Shown in pieces: positions 41,049 through 50,427 of a stretch of DNA of 64,000 nucleotides. Below the pieces are notes generated by a model that was not told the DNA's origin, made no database searches, and was given only the letters and a program-made list of their open reading frames with translations. Made by a program: the position numbers and the translations under genes. The stretch's first letter is position 1. The number at the start of each line of letters is the position of its first letter. Origin of the DNA: a bacterium (lineage in GTDB: Bacteria; UBA8248); assembly GCA_965219955.1 (NCBI GenBank), contig OZ244799.1, positions 1,120,001-1,184,000 of the forward strand. Direction: 5' to 3'.

Positions 41049-41663
41049 ATGAAACTGGTGGTGGGCGTAACGGGCGCTTCCGGCTCGATATACGGCGTGC
41101 GGCTCATGGAGGTGTTGCACGACGCGTATCCCGAAGTGGAGACGCACCTGGTCGTCTCCAGGGCGGGCATCCGCGTCCTGACCTATGAGACGGATGCGGA
41201 CATCGCCAAGCTCTCATCCTGGGCGAGCGTCGTTCATCCCGAAAGCGACATCGGGGCAAGGCCCGCGAGCGGGAGCGCGGGCTTCGACGCGATGGTGATC
41301 GCGCCCTGCTCGCTCAAGACGCTCGGGCTGATTGCCACCGGCACGGGGGATAACCTCATCTGCCGCGCGGCGGACGTGATGCTCAAGGAGCAGAAAAAAC
41401 TCGTTCTCCTGCCGCGCGAGATGCCGCTCTCGGCGATTCACCTGGAGAACATGCACAAACTCGCCCTGATGGGCGTTTTCATCTTGCCGGCGTCGCCGGG
41501 CTTTTATTTCAAGCCGCAGACGATGGAGGATCTGATCGATCACGTGGTGGGCAAGACGCTCACGTGCCTGGGGCTGGAGCAGAACCTCTTCGAGCGCTGG
41601 CGGGGCCAGCACCCCGAGCGCAAGAGCCTCGCGGCGCGCCAGAATGAGGAGACGAACGGATGA
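41049..41663 (+). CDS. ubiX: Flavin prenyltransferase UbiX
   Basis: VGVTGASG, ASGS, APCSLKTL, RAADVMLKE, REMPL and PGFY. Confidence 0.94.
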   Translation: MKLVVGVTGASGSIYGVRLMEVLHDAYPEVETHLVVSRAGIRVLTYETDADIAKLSSWASVVHPESDIGARPASGSAGFDAMVIAPCSLKTLGLIATGTGDNLICRAADVMLKEQKKLVLLPREMPLSAIHLENMHKLALMGVFILPASPGFYFKPQTMEDLIDHVVGKTLTCLGLEQNLFERWRGQHPERKSLAARQNEETNG

Positions 41664-41854
41664 ATGAAAAAGCAGAGACCGCGGCGCAACTCGTGCGGAC
41701 GGGGCGGGATGTCTTCGGTTTGGAAGATGAAGAGCGCATCGCCGGGTTCGCCGATGAAGTGGCGGAGATGATGCAGACGCTCTCGTCCGCCTCGCTCGAG
41801 AAAACGCAGGAACCTTTCCCCCCGCTCTTCGACGCTTCTCGAGAAGAAAAATAA
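41660..41854 (+). CDS. Small acidic hypothetical protein (64 aa)
   Basis: ATGA overlap with ubiX, GAGGAG RBS, stops 1 nt before the FdrA-like gene. Confidence 0.6.
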   Translation: MNEKAETAAQLVRTGRDVFGLEDEERIAGFADEVAEMMQTLSSASLEKTQEPFPPLFDASREEK

Positions 41855-41855
41855 A

Positions 41856-43361
41856 TTGCCGCTCGCTAGGCTCGTACTGCCTTCGTTCTATCAGGATTCC
41901 GTGAAACTCATGCGCCTGGCGCGCGAGATCGGCAAGAAACCGGGCGTCTCGGAAGTCGCGGCGCTCATGGGCACGCCCGCGAACCACGAGATCCTGCTTC
42001 AGGCGGGATTAAGCGAGGAGAACGGGGTCGACGCCGGGCCGAACGATCTGGTGCTGGCCGTGGAGGCGGATTCACGAGCGCTGGCATTCGAGGCGATCGA
42101 GGAGGCGAAAGCCTTTCTCACAGAGGCGCGGGCCGGCGGTGGCGGCGCGATTGATTTTTCGCCGTCGAGCCTGGCGGGTGCGCTCGCCGCAGCGCCCGAA
42201 TCCAACCTGGCGATGATCTCCATACCCGGCGCCTATGCCGCGAAAGAAGCCATGGACGCCCTGCGGGGCGGGCTCCACGTGTTCCTGTTCAGCGACAACG
42301 TGGCGGTGGATGACGAGGTGGCGCTCAAGCGGCAGGCCATAGAGCGCGGTTTGCTCCTGATGGGCCCCGACTGCGGAACGGCGTACATCGGGGGCGCCGG
42401 GCTCGGTTTCACCAACGTGGTGAAGCCGGGGCGCGTGGGCTGCATCGCCGCCTCGGGCACCGGCCTGCAAGCCGTGGCCTCTCAACTCGACGCCCTGGGT
42501 GAGGGGATATCCCACGGCATCGGGGTGGGCGGACGCGATTTGTCCGCCGAAGTCGGCGGGCTGATGACGCTCCACGCGCTCGATTTTCTCGCCGATGATC
42601 CCGATACGGAAATCGTGGCGCTCATATCCAAGCCGCCCGACGCGGAGGTGCTACCCAGGATCGAAGAAGCGCTCGAAAACTTCAACAAGCCGCACGTCGT
42701 CTGCTTTCTGGGGGCGGAGAATCCAGACTGGGCGGAGACGCTGGAGGATGCGGGCCACGCCGTGGCGGCGACTCTGAGGGGAGAGGGCTACGAGCCTGAA
42801 GATTTCTTCGCCCAGGCGTGGCTGAAAGAGAAAATCGCCTCCCTTAAGCCGGGCGGCGCGCTCGACGGCGGGGGTGTTCTGGGGTTGTTCTCGGGCGGCA
42901 CGCTCGCCCATGAGAGCTATTTGATTCTCAAGGCGTTGCTCGGCGACGTATCCTGGAACGAGGATGCGGGTCGTCACCGGATTCTCGACCTGGGCGATGA
43001 TCGTTATACGGTGGGCAAGCCCCATCCCATGATCGACCCGGAATCCCGCGCGGAGATGATAGCGCAGGCGGCGACGGATGAAGGCTTGGGCGTTATTCTC
43101 TTCGACCTGATGCTGGGCAGGTCGAGCGCGCAGGACCCGGCGGGTTCTCTGGCGCGGGCGATAAAAGAGGCGAGAGGCAATGCGAGAAGACCGGTTTTCG
43201 TCGCCTCCGTGGTGGGGACGGCGGACGACCCGCAAGGTCTGGACGCGCAGGTGCGGATTCTCCAGGACACCGGCGTGGTCGTGCTTCCCTCGAACGCACA
43301 GGCGGCGCGCTTCGCCGCCGCTGTGGTCCGGCCTGGGCTACTCGAAGGCGATGGATCATGA
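41856..43361 (+). CDS. fdrA: FdrA-like protein (acyl-CoA synthetase fold; AllF-like)
   Basis: YQDSVKLM, MGTPAN, ISIPGAYA, FSDNV, MGPDCGTA, ASGTGLQ, GGRDL, GGTL and DLGDDRYTVGKPHPMIDP. Confidence 0.9.
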   Translation: MPLARLVLPSFYQDSVKLMRLAREIGKKPGVSEVAALMGTPANHEILLQAGLSEENGVDAGPNDLVLAVEADSRALAFEAIEEAKAFLTEARAGGGGAIDFSPSSLAGALAAAPESNLAMISIPGAYAAKEAMDALRGGLHVFLFSDNVAVDDEVALKRQAIERGLLLMGPDCGTAYIGGAGLGFTNVVKPGRVGCIAASGTGLQAVASQLDALGEGISHGIGVGGRDLSAEVGGLMTLHALDFLADDPDTEIVALISKPPDAEVLPRIEEALENFNKPHVVCFLGAENPDWAETLEDAGHAVAATLRGEGYEPEDFFAQAWLKEKIASLKPGGALDGGGVLGLFSGGTLAHESYLILKALLGDVSWNEDAGRHRILDLGDDRYTVGKPHPMIDPESRAEMIAQAATDEGLGVILFDLMLGRSSAQDPAGSLARAIKEARGNARRPVFVASVVGTADDPQGLDAQVRILQDTGVVVLPSNAQAARFAAAVVRPGLLEGDGS

Positions 43362-43531
43362 AAGACTTGCGCCGGAAACCGCTTCGGGTCGTGAATCTGG
43401 GTCTCGAGATATTCGCGGATGAACTGAGAGACCAGAACGTGCCCGTGACGCAGGTGCGCTGGCGGCCGCCGGCGGGGGGAAAGCCCCATCTGCTCGAAAT
43501 ACTGGAGAAACTCGAAGAACTCGATAGATGA
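43358..43531 (+). CDS. Small FdrA-associated domain protein (57 aa; below the ORF-track cutoff)
   Basis: ATGA overlap with fdrA. Translates MKDLRRKPLRVVNLGLEIFADELRDQNVPVTQVRWRPPAGGKPHLLEILEKLEELDR. The VN.GL..F...W.PPAGG motif matches the segment normally found at the FdrA C-terminus. Confidence 0.78.
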   Translation: MKDLRRKPLRVVNLGLEIFADELRDQNVPVTQVRWRPPAGGKPHLLEILEKLEELDR

Positions 43532-43567
43532 ATCATGGCGAGCAATACATAAGCAAGGGAGTGAGAA

Positions 43568-44938
43568 ATGAGTGAACCTTGGCGTTTGAGCCTCTCGGAT
43601 GGACTGAGAAAAATCGCGGAAGGCGGCTTGTCCGCTACGGAATGGACGCGTTCTCTGCTGGAGCGGATCGACGCGCTGGAAGGAAAACTCCTGGCGTGGG
43701 CGCACGTGGAGGGGGAGGGCGCGCTCGCAGAAGCCGGAGCGATTGACGAGCGCCTCGCGAGCAGTGAGGGGAACGGGCCGCTCGGGGGCGCCGCCATCGG
43801 CTATAAGGACATCGTGGACGTCGCCGGCCTGCCGCGCGAGGCGAACTCGCCGCTTCTCAAAGGCGAAATAGCGGATGGGGACGCCACGGTCACGACTCGC
43901 CTGAAAGATGCGGGCGCGATTTGCCTCGGCAAGACGGTCACCACGCAGTTCGCCACCTCCGATCCCTCGCAAACGCGGAATCCGTGGAACCTGAAGCGAA
44001 GCCCCGGCGGCTCCAGCAGCGGTTCCGCGGCGGCCGTGGCCGCCGGGATGGTTCCGGCGGCCCTGGGGAGCCAGACGGGCGGCTCGACCCTGCGGCCGGC
44101 CGCGTTTTGCGGCGTGGTGGGCCTGAAACCAACCTATGGCCGTATCCCCAGGAGCGGGCTGATCACGGTGTCCTGGAATCTGGACCACGTGGGCGTCATC
44201 ACCCGGTGTTCCGAGGATGCGGCGCGCGTGCTCACGGCCATCTCGGGAGCGGACGGAATCGACGCCCAGGCGCCCGACGTCGCCGTGCCCGATTACGCCG
44301 AAGCCTCCTCGCCGATGAAACCGGAGCGAGCGTGTTTCTGGAAAGAAGACCTCCTGCCGCACGCGAGCGAGGAGGTGGCCGGGCGAATGGAGGAGTGCGT
44401 GGCGAGCCTGAAGGCCAATGGCGTGGACGTGCAGGAAGCGAAGCTGCCGGTGGACGTGGACGAGATGCACGCGGCGCACCGCATCATCATGCGCGTGGAG
44501 GCGGCCGCCTATCACGATAAAATGTTCCTGGAGAACCAGGACGCCTATGCTTCCCATATCCGGAAAAACATCTCGACGGGCCTCATGACGCCCGCGGTTC
44601 ACTACGTGAACGCCCTGCGCTTTCGCGCGCGCTTCATTCAGCGGATGGCGGATTATTTCCGGAACTTCGACCTCGTCATCCTGCCCTCCCACGTGGAGCG
44701 TCCCCCCATTGCCGAGGAATCCACCGGAAACGCCCTGTTCAACGAGCCCTTCACGCAAATCGGTTTCCCGGCCGTCAGCCTCCCGGTAGGCCGGGGGGAT
44801 GAGAATCTGCCCATCGGGATTCAACTGGGCGGACGCCGCTTCGGCGAGGCCGCGCTTCTCTCCGCCGCACGCTGGTGTGAGGCGGAACTGGGCTGGGTCG
44901 CGGAGTTTCCCGATGTCGAATCGGGAAGGGGCTGTTGA
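43568..44938 (+). CDS. Amidase signature family enzyme
   Basis: KD, GKTVT, PGGSSSGS and GSQTGGSTLRPAAFCG (Ser-cisSer-Lys triad). Confidence 0.95.
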   Translation: MSEPWRLSLSDGLRKIAEGGLSATEWTRSLLERIDALEGKLLAWAHVEGEGALAEAGAIDERLASSEGNGPLGGAAIGYKDIVDVAGLPREANSPLLKGEIADGDATVTTRLKDAGAICLGKTVTTQFATSDPSQTRNPWNLKRSPGGSSSGSAAAVAAGMVPAALGSQTGGSTLRPAAFCGVVGLKPTYGRIPRSGLITVSWNLDHVGVITRCSEDAARVLTAISGADGIDAQAPDVAVPDYAEASSPMKPERACFWKEDLLPHASEEVAGRMEECVASLKANGVDVQEAKLPVDVDEMHAAHRIIMRVEAAAYHDKMFLENQDAYASHIRKNISTGLMTPAVHYVNALRFRARFIQRMADYFRNFDLVILPSHVERPPIAEESTGNALFNEPFTQIGFPAVSLPVGRGDENLPIGIQLGGRRFGEAALLSAARWCEAELGWVAEFPDVESGRGC

Positions 44939-45690
44939 AAAAGCCCTCACATCTCTCTCATCCTGAGTAGCGGCGGAGCCGCGTATCGAAGGTCAAACGT
45001 GATTGATGAATGAGCGATTGCTCTCGTCACGGCGCAAGATCCTGGCCCTTCGATGCAAACGCTCCTTCATCGGGGTTGTTGAAAAAATCCGAGGAGAGAG
45101 GAATCACTCCCCCTCAAGGGCTTGTTGAAAAACCCCCTCATCCCGAGTAGGCGCGCTTGCGCGCCGTATCGAGGGACGAGGGAGAGCCGGGAGCCTGGCC
45201 TGAGATTGTCGAAGGGGAGCGCCCTTCGATACGCCGCCTTCGGCGGCTACTCAGGGTGAGGCAGCGTGGTTTTGTTCGTCATTCCGGCGAAAGCCGGAAT
45301 CCATTTTGACTTTTGCTTTTCGCCTTGATTCATGCTCGACAAAGCCGCAATCAAACGCCTGAACGCATCCGCCCTCATCGGCTCCGGACTCCGCATTCTC
45401 TCCCGTCCCGAGCGGGGCTGACGCCGGAATAACGATCAAAGACGAAAGGCGAAAATGGATTCCGGCTTTCGCCGGAATGACGGTGGTTTTCCCGCATTGA
45501 GGGGCTTTTTCAACAGGCCCCTCAAGGGGGGAGTGAAATTCAAAAACTTGCGCTCAACCAAAATCGCTCCACGGAACTTTTTCAACAGCCCCTCATCAGT
45601 CGCGTTTGACCTCCGGCGGCTACTCAGGGTGAAGAAAGAGACGTTGGCGATTTCCAGGGGGGGATCCATACGGTGTTTTTTCAACAACCT
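44929..45690. repeat. Triply nested MITE-like shells with REP doublets
   Basis: Left ends at about 44934, 45078 and 45124. Right ends at about 45506, 45578 and 45677. The innermost shell is flanked by TCAA at 45114-45117 and 45522-45525. CGTC doublet at 45277-45482. Confidence 0.85.
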
Positions 45691-45901
45691 CGGTAAGCTG
45701 AGCCGTCCTCGGCGCTATCGCGTGTCAGGCTTTGTTTTTCATCGTAAGGCCGTGAGGTTTCTTGCTTTTTGTCCTGCGGTGTGGTTTAAGGTTTTGTCAT
45801 ACGGATATTTTTAATTCCAGGGGTGGTTGCGAGGCTGAGAAGGCGGGACTATTTCATTCATTTTCCCTCCCATGCCCCTGCCGATGATGAACCGGGTTTT
45901 T

Positions 45902-46390
45902 ATGTTCAAGACGACGAAAATAGGGCACGTTGGGTTCTGGACCAAAGACCTGGACCGGATGCAGGATTTCTACACCCGCGTGCTGGGCTTCAAGGTAACG
46001 AGCAGGAGCGGACCGGGAGCGAAAGTACCCGGCGGGGCTTCGGTATTTTTACGGTGCGACGTCACCCATCATGAGGTCGTTTTCTTCCAGTCCCCGGAGG
46101 ATGCCCCGGGGCTGTACCCCGCATCGGGCAATTCCATGGCGGAGGCCAAGCCGGGATTTCAGCACGTCGCTTTCGAGTTGCCGGACAGGGGAGAGTGGCT
46201 CAAGGCGCTTCGGCACCTGAAAGAGTGCGGCGTCAGGATCGAATACGGTCCCCTGGTCCACGGCCCCGAGGGAGACGGGTTCGAGGCGGGCAGCGGGAAC
46301 CGCGCTTTTTATTTCTGCGACCCGGACGGGAACTACATCGAGTTGTATTGCGACATCGACACGTTTCACGAAGAAGAGGAGAATTCCTGA
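45902..46390 (+). CDS. VOC/glyoxalase family protein
   Basis: IGHVG, FYTRVLGF, HHE, QHVAF and YFCDPDGNYIELY. Start uncertain (45872-45902). Confidence 0.9.
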   Translation: MFKTTKIGHVGFWTKDLDRMQDFYTRVLGFKVTSRSGPGAKVPGGASVFLRCDVTHHEVVFFQSPEDAPGLYPASGNSMAEAKPGFQHVAFELPDRGEWLKALRHLKECGVRIEYGPLVHGPEGDGFEAGSGNRAFYFCDPDGNYIELYCDIDTFHEEEENS

Positions 46391-46462
46391 TTCTCGTATT
46401 TGAGTAAGTATTCCGGGAATCGTTTTTTCGTGGCATCACTATTCACCAAGGAGGAGAAACAG

Positions 46463-47440
46463 ATGAAGTACATGAAAAACGCTGCGATTGCAGCAGTCGC
46501 GTTCACGCTGGCGGTCGGCCTGTCGTTCTCGAGCGCCGAAGCCGCACGCATCAAGACCTCGGTCGCCAGCGCCGGACCCGGCGCCGCCGCCTACGTGATC
46601 TGGGGCGGTCTCGCGGCTCTGGTGTCCAAAGAATCGAAGACCGTCGAGATGAACAACCTCACCACGCGCGGCGCGGTGGAAGACATCCGGCTGGTCGAAA
46701 ACGGCAAAGCCGAGTTCGCCCTCGGCGTGGCCACGCTCGTGGATTTGGCGCTCAAGGGCAAGAAAATGTTCAAGAAGCCCTACAAGAACGTATGCGGCTT
46801 CGGACCCGGAACGGTTTCGCAGTTCCACATCGCCGTTCGGAAGGACTCGGGCATCAAGACGGTCGCCGACCTCAACGGCAAGCGCGTAAGCTTCGCGCGC
46901 CGGGGCAGCAGCACGCACTTCATGACGCGAACCATCGTGGCGCTCGCCGGCATCAAGGTGCGCGAGGAGAACCTGAACTGGAACGTGGCGGCCGACGCCG
47001 TCAAGGACGGTCGCCTCGACGCCTTCACCATCCCGAACCCGGTTCCCTCTCCGGCCGTTCTGAAGCTGGCGACCTCGCTGCCCATTACGCTGATTCCGGT
47101 GGACGGAAAAGTAGGCGACGGCCTTCTCAAGTCGAACAAGGCCTATTTCAATACCACCATCGTCAAGAACGCCTATAACGGCGTCGACAAGCCGGTGCCC
47201 ACCATCGGCTACGCCGCGTGGACCATCGTGGGCTGCAACGTGCCCAACGACGTCGTGTATGAAGTGGCGCGCATCAACTTCTCGAAGAAGGGCCGCGAGT
47301 TCCTGCTCAAAGTGCACAAGGGCTGGGCTTCGGGCTTCGTGACGGCCCCGGATCTGAAAGGGATGGCCGCCATCAACCTGAAAGCGCATCCGGGCGCAGA
47401 GCGTTACTGGAAGGAAGTCGGCTACAAACTGCCGAATTAG
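46463..47440 (+). CDS. TAXI family TRAP substrate-binding protein
   Basis: Signal peptide, TRGAVED, DLNGKRVS, DGRLDA and HPGAERYWKE. GGAGGAG RBS. Confidence 0.92.
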   Translation: MKYMKNAAIAAVAFTLAVGLSFSSAEAARIKTSVASAGPGAAAYVIWGGLAALVSKESKTVEMNNLTTRGAVEDIRLVENGKAEFALGVATLVDLALKGKKMFKKPYKNVCGFGPGTVSQFHIAVRKDSGIKTVADLNGKRVSFARRGSSTHFMTRTIVALAGIKVREENLNWNVAADAVKDGRLDAFTIPNPVPSPAVLKLATSLPITLIPVDGKVGDGLLKSNKAYFNTTIVKNAYNGVDKPVPTIGYAAWTIVGCNVPNDVVYEVARINFSKKGREFLLKVHKGWASGFVTAPDLKGMAAINLKAHPGAERYWKEVGYKLPN

Positions 47441-47461
47441 TAAAAAGAATCACGCTTCTTC

Positions 47462-47495
47462 ACCGGCCGGGAGGCTTGCTCTCCTCCCGGCCGGT
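47462..47495 (+). terminator. Strong stem-loop after the TAXI gene (terminator or mRNA-stabilising hairpin)
   Basis: ACCGGCCGGGAGG / CCTCCCGGCCGGT 13-bp stem with only a weak U-tract. Confidence 0.6.
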
Positions 47496-47570
47496 ATCTT
47501 CAAGCGAAGCACCCGTTCTTGTTGAGGGTGCTTCGTCGGAAATGCGGCACTTCCTTCGGGGGAACATCTA

Positions 47571-49694
47571 TTGAGTTTTCGCAGCGTCCTGGACAAAATC
47601 GGCGGCTTCCTCGGTGCGGGCCTCTCCACGACGAGGACGCTGAGTGGTCATTCCCTCTGGGCGGTGCGCGTGGTGGGCTTCATATTCGCCGCATATTTTC
47701 TCTTCGGCGCCGTGAACGGGAGCTTCACCGTCTTCGGCCCGAGAAGCATGAAACTTGCGCTGCTCGAATTTCCCTACATCCCGTACTACGGGGAGCAGTT
47801 CTCCCTGCCCATATTCATCTGCTTTACATCCGTTCTCACCTTTATGCTCTATCCCTGCAGGGAGAATTCGCCGAAAGACAGGCCCTCGGGCTTCGACGTG
47901 ATCTGGTGCGTACTGAGCTTCGTCGTGATGTGCGAGTTCATGTATTACTACGACGACCGCGGCGCCCGGGCGGGCATCGTGGAGTGGAACGACGTGGTGT
48001 TCGGCTTCGCCGCCGCATGCCTCGTCTGGGAGACGTGCCGCCGCGTGCTCGGTCTCGTCTTGCCCATCGTCGCCATCGTATTCCTGTTCTACGACTGGGC
48101 GGGGCCGATATTCCCCGGTTTGCTCTCGCACAAGGGTGCGGAGTTCGGCTACGTGATGGGCTACCTCTACAGCCAGTCGGGCATCTACGGGGTCATCACC
48201 CGCGTCTACGCGCAGGTGGTTTTCATCTTCCTGATATTCGGCGCGCTGCTGCAGGCCACGCGGGTGGGGGACGTGTTCGTCGATCTCGCCTTCGCGCTCG
48301 TGGGCCGTTTCAAGGGCGGCGCGGCGAAGGCCGCCGTCGTGTCGAGCGGCCTCGTCGGCTCCATCGTGGGAAGCGGGGCGGCGAACATCGTCATCACCGG
48401 GACCTTCACCATCCCCCTCATGAAGCGCGGGGGCTTCCGGGCCACCTACGCCGCGGCGACCGAGGCGGTGGCCAGCATCGGCGGCCATCTGATGCCGCCC
48501 ATCATGGCGTCGGCCGCCTTCATCCTCGCGGCGATGACCGAGACGCCCTACTACAAGGTCGCCCTCGTGAGCCTCGTGCCGGCGCTGCTCTATTATCTTT
48601 CCGTCTTCATGTCGGTCCACTACTACGCGAGCAAGAACAACTTGCAAGGCCTCTCGAAAGAAGAGCTGCCCGATTTCTGGGGCGTGATGAAAAAGGACGG
48701 GATACTGCTCCTCCCCATCGCGCTGCTCATCATGCTCCTCATCCTTCAGTTCTCGCCGTTCTTCGCGGGCTTCTGGGCCATCGTCGCTTCGGTGGTGGTG
48801 AGCACGTTCAAGCAGAAGTGCTGGTACCTGCTGGGCGTGCAGGCGGCCGTTTTCGTCGCCAGCGTCCTCTATGGCGGCGACGCAGTGTATCTCTACGTGC
48901 TGATCGGCTGCTTCCTGTCGTGGCGGCACCAGGAGGCGCGGCGTATCATGTCCGAGATCGGCGACGCGTTCGTCACGGGCTCGGTAAATTCGCTCGTCAT
49001 CGGCGCGACGGCGGGCGTCATGGGTCTCGTGCTCACCGGCGTCACGCATCCCGATCTGGCGCAGAAGATGACGGCCATCATCCTCTCCTATTCGAACAAC
49101 ATGCTCTGGCTGGCCGTGGCCCTGGTGGCGCTCGCAAGCTACATCCTGGGCATGGGGATGACGATCACGGCGAGCTACATCCTCATCGCCATCCTGGCGG
49201 GCCCCGCGCTCATGGACTTCGGCCTCTCGATGTTCACCGCGCACATGATCATCCTCTGGCTGAGCCAGGACGCGGCCCTCACGCCGCCCTTCGCCCTGGG
49301 CGCGTTCGTGGCGGCGGGCGTCGCGCAGTGCGATCCCATGCGGACGGGCTTCATATCCCTCAAGCTGGCGAAGCCGCTCTACGTCGTGCCGCTCCTGATG
49401 GCCTACACGCCGATACTCATCAACGGGCCCTGGGATCAGGTGATTCTTGTATGGGTGAGCGCGGCCCTGGGCTTCATCTGCACCTCGGCGGCCCTGGAGG
49501 GTTATTTCCTGCGCATCCTGACGACGTTCGACCGGTGCCTGATGGGTGCGGCCGGTTGCGCCCTGTTCTGGAACGGCATGTGGTACAAGACGACGGGGCT
49601 TGCGCTGCTGATCGTCTCTGTCGTCATGCAGCTCATGAGGCCGAAGGATTTCGTGACTCCGGTGCCCGTGGAGGCGGAATCTAGCGAGAGCTAG
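47571..49694 (+). CDS. TRAP transporter fused permease (4TM/12TM)
   Basis: GGAAKAAVVSS, GTFTIPLMK, ASIGGHLMPPIM, LGMGM and LTPP. Many TM segments. Confidence 0.93.
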   Translation: MSFRSVLDKIGGFLGAGLSTTRTLSGHSLWAVRVVGFIFAAYFLFGAVNGSFTVFGPRSMKLALLEFPYIPYYGEQFSLPIFICFTSVLTFMLYPCRENSPKDRPSGFDVIWCVLSFVVMCEFMYYYDDRGARAGIVEWNDVVFGFAAACLVWETCRRVLGLVLPIVAIVFLFYDWAGPIFPGLLSHKGAEFGYVMGYLYSQSGIYGVITRVYAQVVFIFLIFGALLQATRVGDVFVDLAFALVGRFKGGAAKAAVVSSGLVGSIVGSGAANIVITGTFTIPLMKRGGFRATYAAATEAVASIGGHLMPPIMASAAFILAAMTETPYYKVALVSLVPALLYYLSVFMSVHYYASKNNLQGLSKEELPDFWGVMKKDGILLLPIALLIMLLILQFSPFFAGFWAIVASVVVSTFKQKCWYLLGVQAAVFVASVLYGGDAVYLYVLIGCFLSWRHQEARRIMSEIGDAFVTGSVNSLVIGATAGVMGLVLTGVTHPDLAQKMTAIILSYSNNMLWLAVALVALASYILGMGMTITASYILIAILAGPALMDFGLSMFTAHMIILWLSQDAALTPPFALGAFVAAGVAQCDPMRTGFISLKLAKPLYVVPLLMAYTPILINGPWDQVILVWVSAALGFICTSAALEGYFLRILTTFDRCLMGAAGCALFWNGMWYKTTGLALLIVSVVMQLMRPKDFVTPVPVEAESSES

Positions 49695-49699
49695 GGCTT

Positions 49700-50155
49700 G
49701 GGGTTGTTGGAAGAGTCCCTCATTGGCCGATTCGATCTGTAGGGACAATCCCTCCTCGAGGTTGTCCTGCCCTCCGTGGTTGTCCTTTGTCGGGTATCGG
49801 ACAGGCACGGAGGCTTGTCCCTACGGGCAATACGGAAGCCGCACGACGCCGTTACTTCGCAACCGCAGCGTCCGCCCGCCTTTTGGTTTTGATCGTCATT
49901 CCGGCCTTGCGCCGGAATCCATTTTTGCGCCTTTTGCCTTTTCGCTTTCTCGCTCGGACGTTTTTACGCCCGGACGGGGAGGATCGGAATCGAACGCAAA
50001 AACGAAAGGCGAATTCTCTGGATTCCGCATCCAGACACCACGCAACAACAAGGTCATGCCAGCCCGCCAGGTGAAAAGTCAAAATGGATTCCGGCTTTCG
50101 CCGGAATGACGGGGGGAGGGTTTGCGGCTTTCGTAGGGGCGGACCTGCGTGTCCG
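49700..50155. repeat. Repeat mosaic, left part, ending in the split GTAG REP
   Basis: Degenerate GGGGTTGTTGGAAGA end, GTAG REPs, CGTC doublet 49894-50111, and REP GTAGGGGCGGACCTGCGTGTCCG (50133-50155) cut short by the IS. Confidence 0.82.
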
Positions 50156-50199
50156 TATATGGACGCCCACGAGAATGCAAGCGGTTTTTGGGGAGGGTT

Positions 50200-50420
50200 C
50201 GGCGCAAAGCGGTTCGGCTCAGTCGTATATCCGGCCTCTTCGTTGCGGCGCTTTACTCTGGCCGCGGGCCCGTATGGAGATAGGTGGACCGGGTCCAAAT
50301 CGCCCTCGTGAGCTCGGTGGCTCTGGACACGCATCTGGTTTTCCCGATCCCGTCTCGATGACCGTTTGCCCTTACCCTTCCTCCGGCCTGCTCACATTCC
50401 TCCCGGCTCTATCCGTGCGC
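50200..50420 (-). ncRNA. Putative bridge RNA / seekRNA of the IS1111-type element (boundaries approximate)
   Basis: The minus strand reads CCAGA-UGCGUGUCC-A-GAGC(CACCGA)GCUC-ACGA-GGGCG-A-UUUGG (50338-50295), with both single-stranded segments matching the REP target at the CG core. AUAUACGA (50230-50223) matches the circle junction. Confidence 0.72.
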
Positions 50421-50427
50421 CCGCCGC

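Noticed and set aside
44936-44938. Read-through of other TGA stops (amidase, recQ, LLM, VOC, FAD subunit)
   Set aside because: These proteins are complete at the stop and the downstream sequence is repeat or non-coding.
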